NCBI GenBank assembly: GCA_045605805.1
Contig: JAZUQR010000024.1
Span: forward strand, 1 to 36,786
Source of the DNA: Alphaproteobacteria bacterium
GTDB lineage: Bacteria; Pseudomonadota; Alphaproteobacteria; CAAHEQ01; UBA3637
Length of the DNA: 36,786 nucleotides
Direction: 5' to 3'
The translations under genes and the position numbers were made by a program. The notes beneath the pieces are model-generated. The model made no database searches. It saw only the letters and a program-made list of their open reading frames with translations, and had not been told where the DNA came from. Shown in pieces: positions 25,887-34,735 of the stretch. Position 1 is the first letter of the stretch; the number at the start of each line of letters is the position of its first letter.

Positions 25887-28055
25887 ATGAAAGATTTTGT
25901 TCGTTTTTTATTGCGCTGTGTCTTGCGTGTGATGAAGGTGCGTGTCTCATTTCAACTTGATGAAGATGCGGCTTGGCCCGAAAAAGGGATTTATATATCC
26001 AATCATGCTTCGTGGTTGGATCCGGTGATATTGTTTGCTTTTTTACCAAACAATCCTGTGTTCTTATTGCATGGCAAATTGTATCGCAACAAATGGATTC
26101 GCTTCTTTTTGCATTATGCTGAAATAATGGAGTTCAATTACATTGATGTGACAGACACCAAAAAGGTGATTGAACTTATCAATCAAAATCGTTATTGCTT
26201 GATGTTTCCAGAAGGATGTATGACTGATACTGGGGATATTATGAAAATCTATGAAGCACCAGCAGTGGTTGTGGACAGGACTGGCGCTCCGTTGATTCCT
26301 GTGTGGATTAGTGGGGCTGAATATAGCCCGTTTGCCCCAGAAACGAGGGGGAAAGTGCCACATCGTCCTTTTCCGAAGATTAAAGTGAAAGTGGCGGCTC
26401 CGGAATATGTGGAAATCAATGATGACTTAAAGCGTCAACGGGATTATTTGCGTGATGTGACTTATCATTTATTAAACAAAATGCGTTTTGAAATGAACTT
26501 CAAAAGCAACATTACTTTATTCAAAAACTTTGTGCGCATTTCCCGTATTTATGGAAAGGAAGGGCTGTTTAAGCGGCGTGAGTTTGTGGAAGATATCAAT
26601 CGCAAGCCTCAAACCTACAAAGATGTTTTGTTAAAAAGTTATGTTTTAGGACAAAAGTTTGCTCAAAAAACTGCTGTGGGCGAAAATGTGGGCTTGATTT
26701 TGCCCAATATGGTTGCCACTTTGGTGACATTTTTGGGGCTTTCTGCTTATGCTCGTGTGCCGGTTATGTTAAACTTTTCGCTTGGTGCTCCGATTGTGGT
26801 GGGAATGTGTAAAACAGCCTGTGTCAAACGGGTGATTACCTCTAAGGCCTTTGTGTTAAAGGCCAAATTGGAAGAAGTTATTGATGCTTTGAAAGCGGCA
26901 GATATTAAAATTACTTATTTGGAAGAAGTACCAAAAACAATTACTTTGAAGGAAAAGTTGACCGGTTTGTGGTATTACAAAATTAAAAAGATTCCTGTGG
27001 AACAAAAAAGTTCTGATGCTGGTGTGATTTTGTTCACTTCCGGTTCGGAAGGAACGCCAAAGGGGGTGGTTTTGTCACACAGCAATATCATTGCCAATGT
27101 GAACCAAACTCGTTCTTTTGAACAACTTACTATGGAAGATTTGTTATTTAACTCGTTGCCAATGTTCCATTCGTTTGGTATGTGTGTGGGAACATTCTTT
27201 ACCATTTTTTCGGGGGCTCGTTTGTTCTTGTTTCCCTCTCCGTTATTGTATAGAACAATTACAGAGTTATTGTATGAATTAAAGGTGACGGTGATGGCGG
27301 CAACGGATACTTTCTATAAATCCTATGCAAACATTTCTCATCCGCATGATTTTAGACATGTGCGTTTGTGCTATGCCGGTGCTGAAGCCGTGAAACAAGA
27401 GACTCGTGATGCTGTGTCGGAACGTTTGGGGGTGCGTTTGATGGAGGCTTATGGGACCACGGAATGTTCTCCTGTGTTATGTGGCAACAATATGTTGTTT
27501 AATAAGTTTGGTACTTTGGGTAAAGTAGCTCCGGCCATTGATTATCGCTTAGAAGCGGTTGATGGTATTAAAGATGCCGGTGAGTTTGTTGTGCGTGGGC
27601 CAAACATTATGAAGGGTTATTTATATGCAGATAATCCAGGTGTGTTAGTACCGGTTGAAGATGGTTGGTATCACACAGGTGATGTGGTTCAAGTGGATGA
27701 ACTGGGCTATGTGAAAATTGTAGATCGTGTGAAACGCTTTGCTAAAATTGCTGGTGAGATGATTTCTTTGACAGCTGTGGATAATATCGCTGTGTCTATT
27801 TGGGGAACGGATGAGTTCCGTTGTGGCACAGTGGCAATTCCTTCGGATAAGAAAGGTGAACAAATCGTGATGGTCACGAATAATAAAGAGGCTTCTCGGG
27901 CCACTTTTGCAGAATATGTTCGTGAAAAAGGACTGAGTGAATTATATATTCCTGTGGAGTTCTTATATAGAGAAGAGTTGCCTTTATTGGCCACCGGTAA
28001 AGCCGATAATGTCAGCTTGAAAAAGTGGGTGTTAAAGGAAAAGGGGCTTGCTTAA
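25887..28055 (+). CDS. aas: Bifunctional acyltransferase / acyl-ACP synthetase Aas
   Basis: NHASWLD and FPEG (PlsC-type); FTSGSEGTPKG, YGTTE and WYHTGD (AMP-binding). Confidence 0.9.
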   Translation: MKDFVRFLLRCVLRVMKVRVSFQLDEDAAWPEKGIYISNHASWLDPVILFAFLPNNPVFLLHGKLYRNKWIRFFLHYAEIMEFNYIDVTDTKKVIELINQNRYCLMFPEGCMTDTGDIMKIYEAPAVVVDRTGAPLIPVWISGAEYSPFAPETRGKVPHRPFPKIKVKVAAPEYVEINDDLKRQRDYLRDVTYHLLNKMRFEMNFKSNITLFKNFVRISRIYGKEGLFKRREFVEDINRKPQTYKDVLLKSYVLGQKFAQKTAVGENVGLILPNMVATLVTFLGLSAYARVPVMLNFSLGAPIVVGMCKTACVKRVITSKAFVLKAKLEEVIDALKAADIKITYLEEVPKTITLKEKLTGLWYYKIKKIPVEQKSSDAGVILFTSGSEGTPKGVVLSHSNIIANVNQTRSFEQLTMEDLLFNSLPMFHSFGMCVGTFFTIFSGARLFLFPSPLLYRTITELLYELKVTVMAATDTFYKSYANISHPHDFRHVRLCYAGAEAVKQETRDAVSERLGVRLMEAYGTTECSPVLCGNNMLFNKFGTLGKVAPAIDYRLEAVDGIKDAGEFVVRGPNIMKGYLYADNPGVLVPVEDGWYHTGDVVQVDELGYVKIVDRVKRFAKIAGEMISLTAVDNIAVSIWGTDEFRCGTVAIPSDKKGEQIVMVTNNKEASRATFAEYVREKGLSELYIPVEFLYREELPLLATGKADNVSLKKWVLKEKGLA

Positions 28056-28116
28056 AGTAAAAAAAATACTTGTTTTTTAACCAAAGAGGCAGTATAATTC
28101 GTATAGAGGGGAAAAT

Positions 28117-28740
28117 ATGAAACTTGATACAAAGTCAAAAATTGTGGAAACGGCAATATATGAATTTGCTGCCAATGGTTATGATCAAACAACAACCCGA
28201 GATGTGTTGTTGAAGGCCAAGGCGAATGTGGCGGCTATCAGTTATTATTTTGGTAATAAAAACGGCCTTTATACCGAGATTTTAACCCGTATTGCTAATC
28301 GTATTTCTGATGCTTTCAAAGATTTGTTGGAAGAATATACGCAAATTAAAGACAAAAAAATTTCTTCCGATGAAGCTGAAGTTTTGTTGAAAAAGTTTGT
28401 TCGGGTGTTTGTTGAATTGTTTTGTTCGGACAAGTTGACAACGGCTATGTGTATGATTTTTGTGCGTGAGTATGTGGAACCGTCTCCTGATTTTAAGCCT
28501 TTTTTTACTGATATCAATGCCGCTTATCGCCGTATTTTTGTGGATTTATTGGTGCGTGCTAATAATCGTGAAATTACACAAAAAGAAGCTGTATTTCAAG
28601 TGATTATGTTGTTTTCTTTTATTTTTACTTTAATTTCACGCAAGCGGATTATTATGGAAGCTATGCAATGGGCAGAATATACGCCCCAAGCTGTGGATGA
28701 AATCTTGGCTGTTTTATACAGAAGTTTGTTTAGAAAATAA
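28117..28740 (+). CDS. TetR-family transcriptional regulator
   Basis: N-terminal HTH: FA..GY..TTTR....A.ANVAAISYYFG.K..LY. Confidence 0.9.
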   Translation: MKLDTKSKIVETAIYEFAANGYDQTTTRDVLLKAKANVAAISYYFGNKNGLYTEILTRIANRISDAFKDLLEEYTQIKDKKISSDEAEVLLKKFVRVFVELFCSDKLTTAMCMIFVREYVEPSPDFKPFFTDINAAYRRIFVDLLVRANNREITQKEAVFQVIMLFSFIFTLISRKRIIMEAMQWAEYTPQAVDEILAVLYRSLFRK

Positions 28741-28754
28741 AAAGGGGGAATAGA

Positions 28755-29594
28755 ATGGCAAAAAAGTTGATTCCGATGGCAATTTGCTATGATTTTGATG
28801 GTACTTTATCTCCTGGTAATATGCAAGAATATGGCTTTATGAGTGCTTTGAATCAAAAATCGGCCTCAGATTTTTGGAAGGAGTCCAACGGTTTGGCGTG
28901 CCAAAAGCAAGCAGATACGATTGCGGCCTATATGTGGCTTATGCTGAATAAGTTGGCCGAAAAAAAGATTGCCCCCACACGCAAGGCTTTTCAATTTTAC
29001 GGGGCGGATATTGAATTGTATGCCGGTGTTGAAACTTGGTTTAATCGCATCAATGCTTATGCCAGAAAAAAAGGTGTTTGCTTGAAACATTATATCATTT
29101 CTTCCGGTTTGAAGGAAATGATTGAGGGGACAAAGATTGCAAAGAACTTTAAAGCCATTTTTGCTTCTTCGTTTATGTATGATGATAATGGTGAGGCTTT
29201 TTGGCCGGCCATGATTTTGAATTATACCAGTAAAACGCAATTTATTTTTCGCATCAACAAAGGTTGTGAAGATTTGACGGATAATACAACAGTGAATCAA
29301 TTTATCAGTGATAACCAAAGGCCTGTGCCGTTTGCAAATATGATTTATGTTGGGGATGGTGAAACAGATGTGCCTTGTATGAAGATGGTTAAATTACAGG
29401 GCGGTCATTCTGTGGCTGTGTACAGAAATGGGAAAAAGGGCTTGGCAAAAGTGCATCATTTAATCAAGGACAATCGGGTGAATACCTGTGTGCCAGCTGA
29501 TTACAGGGCAGGTAAGCCTTTGGAAAAATATATTCAGTCTGTGATAGACAAAGTTTCGGCAGATTATGCTGTGAAAAATCAAGAAATCAATTAA
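28755..29594 (+). CDS. HAD-superfamily hydrolase
   Basis: DFDGT, ISSG, K and GDGETD motifs. Confidence 0.88.
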   Translation: MAKKLIPMAICYDFDGTLSPGNMQEYGFMSALNQKSASDFWKESNGLACQKQADTIAAYMWLMLNKLAEKKIAPTRKAFQFYGADIELYAGVETWFNRINAYARKKGVCLKHYIISSGLKEMIEGTKIAKNFKAIFASSFMYDDNGEAFWPAMILNYTSKTQFIFRINKGCEDLTDNTTVNQFISDNQRPVPFANMIYVGDGETDVPCMKMVKLQGGHSVAVYRNGKKGLAKVHHLIKDNRVNTCVPADYRAGKPLEKYIQSVIDKVSADYAVKNQEIN

Positions 29595-29599
29595 AAAAT

Positions 29600-30541
29600 T
29601 TAATCTTTGTATGAGGCCCGTTTGATGCGGTCGTTGATGGCACGACCCAACCCTTCCATTGGGATGGGTGCGATGGCAATTTTTGTGAATTGTGTTTGTT
29701 CTTCGGCCAAATGCATAAAGGAAAACAGGTTGGCAGTTGCTTCTTGTAAATTGCCGCTGGGACTTAGGTTCAAATGGCCATTGATGTTGCCAAAACCAAT
29801 CATAAACTCGTCAGGGGCTGGGGTGGTGACATTGATGCGTGTTTCGTATTTTGGGGCATAATGCTTTAACATTTGTCCGGGGGAAGAGGGCAGGTTAGGA
29901 TTGCCCCCCGAAATCAGAACAGGTTCGTTTAAGAAATCGGCAATTTCTTCCATAGGGATACCCCCCGCACGCAACAGGACAACACTTTTCCCTGTTAAAT
30001 CAATAATAGTGGATTCCACGCCCACAAGGGATGGGCCTCCGTCCAAAATCATAGAAACATTGTTGCCCAAACTGTCCAGTACATGTTGCGCTGTGGTTGG
30101 GCTGATGCTTTGGGAACGGTTGGCAGATGGGGCCACGATGGGCGTATTGCTTTTGCGAATCAATTCCAATGCAACAGGGTGATTCGGCATTCGTACGCTG
30201 ACGGTTGGTAAGCCGGCACACGCCAAATCAAGTGATTGGACCTTTTGTTTGCGAGGTAGAACCATTGTTAATGCCCCCGGCCAAAACTGTTTTGCCAAAG
30301 CATAAACCCGCGTGTCTGTTTCGGCATAGTCTGTTAAAAAATCCACTTCGGCAATATGCGAGATAAGCGGATTAAAACTGGGGCGATTTTTTGCTGCAAA
30401 GATTTTGGCCACTGCTTGTGCGTTATAGGCATCTGCGCCCAAGCCATAAACAGTTTCGGTTGGGAAGGCCACCACTTCGCCTGATTGGATAAGGGTGGCG
30501 GCTTGGGTGATAAAATCGTTTGTTGCGGGAAAAATCGGCAT
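29600..30541 (-). CDS. tsaC: L-threonylcarbamoyladenylate synthase (Sua5-type TsaC)
   Basis: PTETVYGL, K.RP..NPLI.H, APSAN and SPG...HYAP motifs. Confidence 0.95.
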   Translation of the reverse strand: MPIFPATNDFITQAATLIQSGEVVAFPTETVYGLGADAYNAQAVAKIFAAKNRPSFNPLISHIAEVDFLTDYAETDTRVYALAKQFWPGALTMVLPRKQKVQSLDLACAGLPTVSVRMPNHPVALELIRKSNTPIVAPSANRSQSISPTTAQHVLDSLGNNVSMILDGGPSLVGVESTIIDLTGKSVVLLRAGGIPMEEIADFLNEPVLISGGNPNLPSSPGQMLKHYAPKYETRINVTTPAPDEFMIGFGNINGHLNLSPSGNLQEATANLFSFMHLAEEQTQFTKIAIAPIPMEGLGRAINDRIKRASYKD

Positions 30542-30576
30542 AAAAAATCCCCGAGCCGAAACTCGGGGCTCCTTTT
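30542..30576 (-). terminator. Terminator after the ferredoxin gene, abutting the tsaC start codon
   Basis: CCCCGAG-TTTCGG-CTCGGGG followed by ATTTTTT. Confidence 0.75.
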
Positions 30577-30577
30577 A

Positions 30578-30811
30578 TTAGGCTTGTGGTAATTCAGCCG
30601 CTTTTTCAGCGTTGAGTTTTACCCATTTTTCGTCTGCTTCGTCAGCAGAAACGATGGCACCTTGCGGACATTCGCTTACACAAACACCACAATCAATGCA
30701 AGTATTTGGATCAATATACATTTGTGTTTCACCTTTATGGAAAGCACCCACAGGGCAAACTTCCACACAAGCACCACACAATACACATGAATCATTGACT
30801 ATTGAAGCCAT
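30578..30811 (-). CDS. 2x[4Fe-4S] ferredoxin
   Basis: Two CxxCxxCxxxCP motifs. Confidence 0.95.
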   Translation of the reverse strand: MASIVNDSCVLCGACVEVCPVGAFHKGETQMYIDPNTCIDCGVCVSECPQGAIVSADEADEKWVKLNAEKAAELPQA

Positions 30812-30902
30812 ATTTTTCTCCTTTTCTAAAATTGAACAGGGCTATTATAAATAGGTTTGAAACAAAATGCAAGTGTTTTTTTCGTATGTTGACATATAAG
30901 TT

Positions 30903-30931
30903 TTGACAAAAATAGGATTATGTTGTATACT
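30903..30931 (+). promoter_or_regulatory. sigma70 promoter of the 88-aa ORFan
   Basis: TTGACA-17 nt-TATACT; a second TTGACA lies at 30889-30894. Confidence 0.7.
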
Positions 30932-30968
30932 ATCTCTGTTTCACATGTATAAAGTAAAGGAGAGAACG

Positions 30969-31235
30969 ATGGATGATTATGCGCAGCGTTTAGCTAGTGG
31001 TGGGTATTACCCTGAGGATGATTCTTTTGAAGCACAATTGATAAGAGAAAAAATACAATGGGAGATTAGTCTTGTGGAACATGAGATTCGACGGTACAGA
31101 AAGGTGGAGGAGGAGAACAAAAAGAAGGCCAGGGAACGCTATCTGTGGACGAAGAAACAAAAAAAACAACAACAGCAGAATGGAGAACAACCTTCGGCCG
31201 CATTGTTGGCCAAAAAGTTGAATGGCGGACGTTAA
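30969..31235 (+). CDS. Hypothetical charged protein with a basic C-terminal tail (...LLAKKLNGGR)
   Basis: AAGGAG RBS before ATG 30969; own promoter and terminator. Confidence 0.75.
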   Translation: MDDYAQRLASGGYYPEDDSFEAQLIREKIQWEISLVEHEIRRYRKVEEENKKKARERYLWTKKQKKQQQQNGEQPSAALLAKKLNGGR

Positions 31236-31258
31236 GTGGATGTTGTTTCAAGATTTCT

Positions 31259-31289
31259 TCCCCCGATACACCATCGGGGGATTTTTTTT
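31259..31289 (+). terminator. Intrinsic terminator
   Basis: TCCCCCGAT-ACACC-ATCGGGGGA followed by T8. Confidence 0.88.
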
Positions 31290-31354
31290 GCTTGATTTTT
31301 TGCTTTGCTTTTGTTAGACTGGTTGCAGTTTTAACCGTATAAAAGGAGTTGGGG

Positions 31355-31861
31355 ATGATGAAATACTGTGCGTTTTTGGTGGGATTGCTTGTTGGTGGTG
31401 CTTGTTTTGCTGCGGATGTGGAAGTGCTTGGCACCTTTGACGAATGGTCGGCCTATAACTATCAAGATGGGGCGGAGCATGTGTGCTATATGGCCACTCA
31501 ACCCATTAAATCACAAGGTAAATACACAAGGCGTGATGATGTGTTCTTGATTGTGACGCATCGTCCGCAAGATAACACTTTTGATGTGGTGAATGTGGTG
31601 GCGGGTTATACTTATCGTTCCACAAGTAAGCCTGAAATTAAGGTGGACAAAAATCAATATATTCAATTAAAGCGCCATGAAGATACTGCTTGGGCCAAAG
31701 ATGCGGCAACGGATGTGAAATTGGTGAACCAGATGAAAAAAGGAAGTCAGGCTGTGCTGATTGGGACTTCGGCACGAGGCACGAAGACAACTGATACTTT
31801 TTCTTTGAAAGGTTTTTCAAAGGCGTATGAAACGATCAATAAAGCATGTGGGCGAGAGTAA
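31355..31861 (+). CDS. Invasion associated locus B (IalB)-family exported protein
   Basis: Signal peptide; F..W.AY......CY, AW, MKKG and T.DTFSLKGF..A......C motifs. Confidence 0.82.
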   Translation: MMKYCAFLVGLLVGGACFAADVEVLGTFDEWSAYNYQDGAEHVCYMATQPIKSQGKYTRRDDVFLIVTHRPQDNTFDVVNVVAGYTYRSTSKPEIKVDKNQYIQLKRHEDTAWAKDAATDVKLVNQMKKGSQAVLIGTSARGTKTTDTFSLKGFSKAYETINKACGRE

Positions 31862-31868
31862 AAAGTTT

Positions 31869-32711
31869 ATGATGGATGCTGATTATTTTAAAACTTCTTC
31901 CTTTCAAGAAATTGAAAGAAGTGCTTTTTCTTCAATACAGCGTATTTTCCCATGTGAAGATGATTTGCTTGATAAAATTCCAATAGATAAAATTGTTTCT
32001 TGTTTTAAAAATAATTTGAAAAAATCATCCCATCCTTTTTTAATTCGGATTGTTGGACAGTCTGGATCTGGCAAATCAACTCAGCTTTTTCCCGCTCTTC
32101 AATACGCATTAAAGAGTGATGTATATGTGAAGATTAATGTTGGAAGTTTTGCTGTTTTTCACCCAAAGTATGAGCTTTTTCAAGAAAAAGACCCTGGTCA
32201 AATGCGAGAAAAGACAAATGGTTTTGCCCTGCGTGCCTTGGTTCTTTTTTATAAATATTGTATTTTGAATCGTATCAACATTGTCTTGGATATGACTTTG
32301 TTGGAACCAGAAATAGATCTTTACCTGATGACATTGGCTAAAAAGATGAATTATCAAATACATATGCATGTTCTTTGTGTTCCCAAAAAAGTATCGGATA
32401 CATTTATTCGGTTGCGTCAAAAGGAAACAGGACGCTATGTTTGGATATCTTCAAGTCACTATTTTTTTTCAGCTTTGGTGCCTTGTTTAAAAGCACTTAC
32501 TAGTTCCTCTTTGTTCAACAAAAAAGATCGGTTGGTTTTGTGGTCGCATTATCTTGGGCGCCCTTTGAAACAAACTCATTTAGCTAATCATGATGCAGTG
32601 TGTGTGTTACAACGCTATCAGACGGGAAATTTTTGTATTAAAAATCCCAATAGTCTTTTGAAGACAAAAAGATATTGGATGAAATTATTTGTAGGAGAAT
32701 TGTATGTATAA
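31869..32711 (+). CDS. P-loop kinase, zeta-toxin-like
   Basis: GQSGSGKST Walker A, F...HP.Y, NIVLD.T and R...TGR.V lid pattern. Confidence 0.65.
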   Translation: MMDADYFKTSSFQEIERSAFSSIQRIFPCEDDLLDKIPIDKIVSCFKNNLKKSSHPFLIRIVGQSGSGKSTQLFPALQYALKSDVYVKINVGSFAVFHPKYELFQEKDPGQMREKTNGFALRALVLFYKYCILNRINIVLDMTLLEPEIDLYLMTLAKKMNYQIHMHVLCVPKKVSDTFIRLRQKETGRYVWISSSHYFFSALVPCLKALTSSSLFNKKDRLVLWSHYLGRPLKQTHLANHDAVCVLQRYQTGNFCIKNPNSLLKTKRYWMKLFVGELYV

Positions 32712-33591
32712 TTTTTTTTCGCCAGATGAAAATGAACTGAGGTCAGTTATTCAAACAACATTAGCAAAACAGGATGAAGTGAAATCTGTATCTACTATTC
32801 AAACCGGATGGACAAATATTACAATGGATGTTCAAGGGGAAAAACAGGCATACATTTTTAGATTTCCTCGTAATTTATTTTTTGCGAATATGATCATGAA
32901 GGATTGTCTTTTTTGTAATTTTTTACGAGGAAAAGTTTGCTTGCCTATTCCCCAAATGGAACTTGTTTTTAATCAGAATCGTCCTTTTTCTGTGCATCCT
33001 AAAATTGTGGGAGAATCTTTGTTGTCGAAAATGGATGAATTGACAAATTCGGATCAAGAAAAAATTGTAGATGATTTAAGTGGTTTTTTAACGCAATTGC
33101 ATACTTTGTCGCTCAGTTGTAAGCCGGACGAGGTCACCCAAACGCTGGGTGAATTTTTGGATGATTTGGCTGGCGTGCATAATGGTGATTATAATTTTTC
33201 ATATCATATGCCCTTGCATTTAATGGAAAAAGATAGGTCAAATTTAAAGTTGGTTCATGGTGATTTTCACCCTGGTAATATTTTAATTCATGAAGGACGT
33301 GTGAGTGGGATTATTGATTTTGCGTTTGCTTCTTTGTCGGATGAACATGCCGATTTAGGACGATTTGTTGGGCGTTCTAATGCAAATTTAGGGCATGCTC
33401 TGGTAGAGGCTTATCAACAAAAAACAAACAAGTTGTGCAATCAAAAGAAAATTGATGATGTGGTTGATGTTTTTAAATATGTTGAATATAAATATGTTCA
33501 ATATATGCAATCATACCACCCCGAAATTACGATCTCTGACTTTGTTTTAGATGCCGTGGCATCAGCTATGCAAAAATTTGAAATTGCTTAG
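32704..33591 (+). CDS. Aminoglycoside phosphotransferase/choline kinase-fold protein
   Basis: GW.N, YIFRFP, HGDFHPGN Brenner motif, GIIDF. Confidence 0.85.
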   Translation: MYNFFSPDENELRSVIQTTLAKQDEVKSVSTIQTGWTNITMDVQGEKQAYIFRFPRNLFFANMIMKDCLFCNFLRGKVCLPIPQMELVFNQNRPFSVHPKIVGESLLSKMDELTNSDQEKIVDDLSGFLTQLHTLSLSCKPDEVTQTLGEFLDDLAGVHNGDYNFSYHMPLHLMEKDRSNLKLVHGDFHPGNILIHEGRVSGIIDFAFASLSDEHADLGRFVGRSNANLGHALVEAYQQKTNKLCNQKKIDDVVDVFKYVEYKYVQYMQSYHPEITISDFVLDAVASAMQKFEIA

Positions 33592-33673
33592 ATTCAACAA
33601 AAATTGGATATAATTTCATTGCTTTTTTGATTTTATTTTGATAAAATAATTATCATGTAAAGGTAGGTTCAAG

Positions 33674-34735
33674 ATGAAAAAAGAGCTTATTGGATTGTCG
33701 TTTGATGAGTTAAAAAAAGAACTTGAAAGTATTGGTCAAAAATCTTTTCGTGCCAAACAGTTGTGGCAATGGATTTACAACAAAGGGGAAACTGATTTTG
33801 ATAAAATGTCAAGTTTATCAAAGGATTTTCGTGCACTGTTAAAGGAAAACTATATGGTGACGCACCCCACTATTGTGACCGAACAAATCTCAACCGATGG
33901 CACACGAAAGTGGTTGATGCGTTTTCATGACGGGGCGGAAATTGAAACGGTTTTTATTCCTGAGGAAGATTGTGGCGCTGTGTGTGTTTCCAGCCAAGTT
34001 GGCTGTGCGCAAGGATGCAAGTTTTGTCACACCGGCACACAAAAGCTGATGCGTAATTTAACGGCCGCTGAAATGGTGGGGCAGGTGATGTCTGCCCGAG
34101 ATGCTTTGGGCGAATGGCCCACAAAAACAGATGAAAATCGGTTGCTGTCTAATGTGGTGTTTATGGGAATGGGGGAACCGCTTTATAACTTTGATAATTT
34201 GAAAACGGCTGTGGCTATTTTGAATGATGGGGATGGTATGGCCATTTCAAAACGCAAAATTACTGTGTCTACCGCCGGTCGAGCGGATAAGATTCCAGAG
34301 CTTGCCGATTGGGGGGTGAAGTTGGCTATCAGCTTGCACGCACCAAATAATGAACTGCGCAACCAATTGATGCCTTTGAATCGCAAGTTTCCTTTGGAAG
34401 ACTTGATGGCGGCTTGTAAGGCGTATCAGCAACGTTGTGAACGCAGGCACTTTATCACGATGGCCTATTTGTTGTTGAAAGATGTGAATGATTCTTTGGA
34501 TCAAGCGCAAGAGCTGACCGAACTGGTGAAAGGTTTGGAAGTGAAGTTTAATTTGATTCCTTTTCATCCTTGGGAAAACTGTGCTTTTGAACCATCCAGC
34601 AACAATCAGATTCATCGCTTTGCCAAGTTTTTGGAAAGTAAGTGGTTTGCTGCTCCTATTCGCAGAACAAGGGGCGAGGATATTATGGCGGCCTGTGGCC
34701 AATTAAAGACCGAGCATAACAAGAAAAAATGTTAG
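33674..34735 (+). CDS. rlmN: Dual-specificity RNA methyltransferase RlmN
   Basis: CVSSQVGCAQGCKFC radical-SAM motif, MGMGEP, AACGQL. Confidence 0.96.
   Translation: MKKELIGLSFDELKKELESIGQKSFRAKQLWQWIYNKGETDFDKMSSLSKDFRALLKENYMVTHPTIVTEQISTDGTRKWLMRFHDGAEIETVFIPEEDCGAVCVSSQVGCAQGCKFCHTGTQKLMRNLTAAEMVGQVMSARDALGEWPTKTDENRLLSNVVFMGMGEPLYNFDNLKTAVAILNDGDGMAISKRKITVSTAGRADKIPELADWGVKLAISLHAPNNELRNQLMPLNRKFPLEDLMAACKAYQQRCERRHFITMAYLLLKDVNDSLDQAQELTELVKGLEVKFNLIPFHPWENCAFEPSSNNQIHRFAKFLESKWFAAPIRRTRGEDIMAACGQLKTEHNKKKC

Noticed and set aside
32704-33591. Calling this an aminoglycoside resistance gene
   Set aside because: Fold motifs do not establish the substrate; many APH-fold kinases do not act on antibiotics.
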